DNA from: a virus
Taxonomy: Duplodnaviria > Heunggongvirae > Uroviricota > Caudoviricetes
Length of the DNA stretch: 44,185 bases
Virus record (IMG/VR): IMGVR_UViG_3300045988_018548
Reading direction: 5' to 3' (one strand)
Positions 42,874-44,185 of the stretch are shown here, in pieces; the first letter of the stretch is position 1, and each line of letters opens with the position of its first letter. The notes under the pieces were generated by a model. The model was given only the letters and a program-made list of their open reading frames with translations. It had not been told where the DNA came from and did no database searches. A program made the translations under genes and the position numbers.

Positions 42874-43068
42874 TCACCCCACTATCTCATCACCAAGCCA
42901 CGCTGTTTCTCGTATATCGTCGACCACACAGGCGGCGTGCTCACGGCTAATTGCAAAAATGTAGAAGCTAAACTTCTTCCCGTCGGCGTCGATGTGGTTA
43001 ACCGAGTAGGGCTTCCACAGGACACCATCAATTACTACTGGTTTAGGCGACTTCATACGCTTTACCAC
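42874..43068 (-). CDS. hypothetical early protein
   Basis: 64-aa ORF in operon. Confidence 0.35.
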   Translation of the reverse strand: MVKRMKSPKPVVIDGVLWKPYSVNHIDADGKKFSFYIFAISREHAACVVDDIRETAWLGDEIVG

Positions 43069-43300
43069 ATTTTAAGCATGTGGCTCGATGTACCCCATCA
43101 ACTAAATGCAGGCGGTAATCATGCTCGCAGGCGTTCATCTTTTCCTCTTCTCCTCTCAACAACATGAGAAGAACCTTAAATGCGGCTAACTGGTACTCAC
43201 CGTTAATTGACAGTTGTCCGCCTAACGTCTGTTTCTCTGACTCGAGTACCAGAATACGGCGCTCAAGTGATGTGATTGTGATTTTAGGCATTGGCGTCAC
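43043..43300 (-). CDS. hypothetical early protein with C-terminal zinc-ribbon-like motif
   Basis: 85 aa; CEHD ... CLKCG. Confidence 0.35.
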   Translation of the reverse strand: MTPMPKITITSLERRILVLESEKQTLGGQLSINGEYQLAAFKVLLMLLRGEEEKMNACEHDYRLHLVDGVHRATCLKCGKAYEVA

Positions 43301-43493
43301 CTTTGTTCAGGTTGAAGCGGTTAATCAGTTCACGGCGGCGTTCCATAAGATTATCTACCTGCCGTAAGTGGTGTTCGATGTGGGCGTCAATCCACACTAT
43401 TTCAGATTCACCAGTCGCGGATTCGACGCATGCTTTTTCATACTCACGGTCGGTCATAAAACTCGTCCTCGTCAACGTACTCGCAAGTACCAT
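43284..43493 (-). CDS. hypothetical early protein
   Basis: 69-aa ORF in operon. Confidence 0.35.
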   Translation of the reverse strand: MVLASTLTRTSFMTDREYEKACVESATGESEIVWIDAHIEHHLRQVDNLMERRRELINRFNLNKGDANA

Positions 43494-43635
43494 CGTTAAA
43501 ATTCAGACACCAAACAGCCTTAACATCTAACTGTGGCATTGAGTGTCTTTCACGGACAACTGCTGTTATTTTCAGCCTTCTCCACTCAGGGGTTAACCAG
43601 CTATCGCCAACTTTTGGTAACGGTTTACGTCTCAT
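43444..43635 (-). CDS. hypothetical early protein
   Basis: 63-aa ORF, ATGA overlap with upstream gene. Confidence 0.35.
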   Translation of the reverse strand: MRRKPLPKVGDSWLTPEWRRLKITAVVRERHSMPQLDVKAVWCLNFNDGTCEYVDEDEFYDRP

Positions 43636-43790
43636 TCTTTACACTCTCCCCACATGCGATTGAGATACTTGTTCTTGTCCGGCCCCGGGAAACTGTTACG
43701 TTTCATCAGTTCCTCACGTGTCGGGAACGGGGTGTGACTGACTTTACGGCCAACCCGTAATGGTTGGCTTACTTGACCTTGTTCGCTCAT
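43632..43790 (-). CDS. small hypothetical early protein
   Basis: 52-aa ORF (not in track). Confidence 0.3.
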   Translation of the reverse strand: MSEQGQVSQPLRVGRKVSHTPFPTREELMKRNSFPGPDKNKYLNRMWGECKE

Positions 43791-43945
43791 CACTTAACCT
43801 CGTAATTATTAATTTCAACAACATCGTAGTAGCCAGCGGTTCGCACTAACTCCGCAGCTTTTTTGGCCTTCTCTTCATTTGCAAACACGTTAATAATTTC
43901 TGTATCACGCAGACATCGCCAACCAGTAACAATATAAACTGTCAT
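43790..43945 (-). CDS. small hypothetical early protein
   Basis: 51-aa ORF (not in track), RBS GGAG. Confidence 0.3.
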   Translation of the reverse strand: MTVYIVTGWRCLRDTEIINVFANEEKAKKAAELVRTAGYYDVVEINNYEVK

Positions 43946-44091
43946 TTCTCATCTCCTGCATAAGCTGCTTTCAGTGTCTGCATCGCGGCGAACCAGAACG
44001 CGTCCGCCGGAATGCTGTTGCTCAGGTTACCAACGGCGATGCGTGCCATCAGTTGTGCGTCTTTGAATGCTTCGATATCTGTGATTTTCAT
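43942..44091 (-). CDS. small hypothetical early protein, first gene of leftward early operon
   Basis: 49-aa ORF with RBS GGAG; start codon lies inside the 119-bp terminal repeat. Confidence 0.3.
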   Translation of the reverse strand: MKITDIEAFKDAQLMARIAVGNLSNSIPADAFWFAAMQTLKAAYAGDEK

Positions 44092-44185
44092 TTCTCTCTA
44101 CTCCGTTCTCGTTGTCGATGGAGTAAATATAATAGGGTCGAGGGTAATAGTCAACTAGTCATTGCAGAAAATAGATAAAAAAAAT
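44067..44185. repeat. terminal direct repeat, exact copy of 1..119
   Basis: 119/119 nt identity to window start. Confidence 0.9.
44126..44154 (-). promoter_or_regulatory. minus-strand promoter TTGACT-N17-TATATT for the leftward early operon
   Basis: Hexamers at 17-bp spacing; lies within the terminal repeat, so also present at 60..88. Confidence 0.5.

Noticed and set aside
1-44185. Integrase, reverse transcriptase (retron/DGR) or toxin-antitoxin pair
   Set aside because: No ORF shows tyrosine or serine recombinase motifs, RT motifs, or a recognisable toxin-antitoxin arrangement on inspection

Overview
The window is an essentially complete ~44.07-kb genome of a tailed dsDNA phage (siphovirus-type gene order, ~50% GC, enterobacterial-style sigma70 promoters and Shine-Dalgarno sites). 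An exact 119-bp repeat sits at both ends (1..119 = 44067..44185), most likely assembly overlap of a circular or terminally redundant genome. Layout: leftward lysis cassette (377..1413) and small accessory genes (1489..4168); rightward early/replication module (4647..16209: AlpA-like HTH, primase-helicase, DUF2800 nuclease, DUF2815 SSB-like protein, family A DNA polymerase, VRR-NUC, SNF2 helicase, with an XRE regulator on the opposite strand); leftward tail module (16238..26198); a rightward accessory island inside the virion module (26377..28685); leftward neck/capsid/packaging module (28711..41937) that also holds overlapped Rz/Rz1-like spanins; and a leftward operon of tiny overlapping early genes (42114..44091). 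The most unusual feature: the MuF-like head morphogenesis gene carries a 272-aa intein (37037..37852) inserted in its conserved H-x-N-C-R motif, and the centre of that intein is occupied on the opposite strand by an HTH plus DUF559/Vsr-like endonuclease-like gene with its own extended -10 promoter and ribosome-binding site. Other signals: two conserved promoter families sharing an AATAG-N4-CTATT dyad, a duplicated ~144-bp intergenic element with covarying hairpins, a candidate -1 frameshift in the tail chaperone pair, and several in-frame tandem repeats. No tRNA, CRISPR array, integrase or reverse transcriptase was recognised. All domain calls come from reading motifs by eye from memory of family signatures; no database search or folding computation was run.
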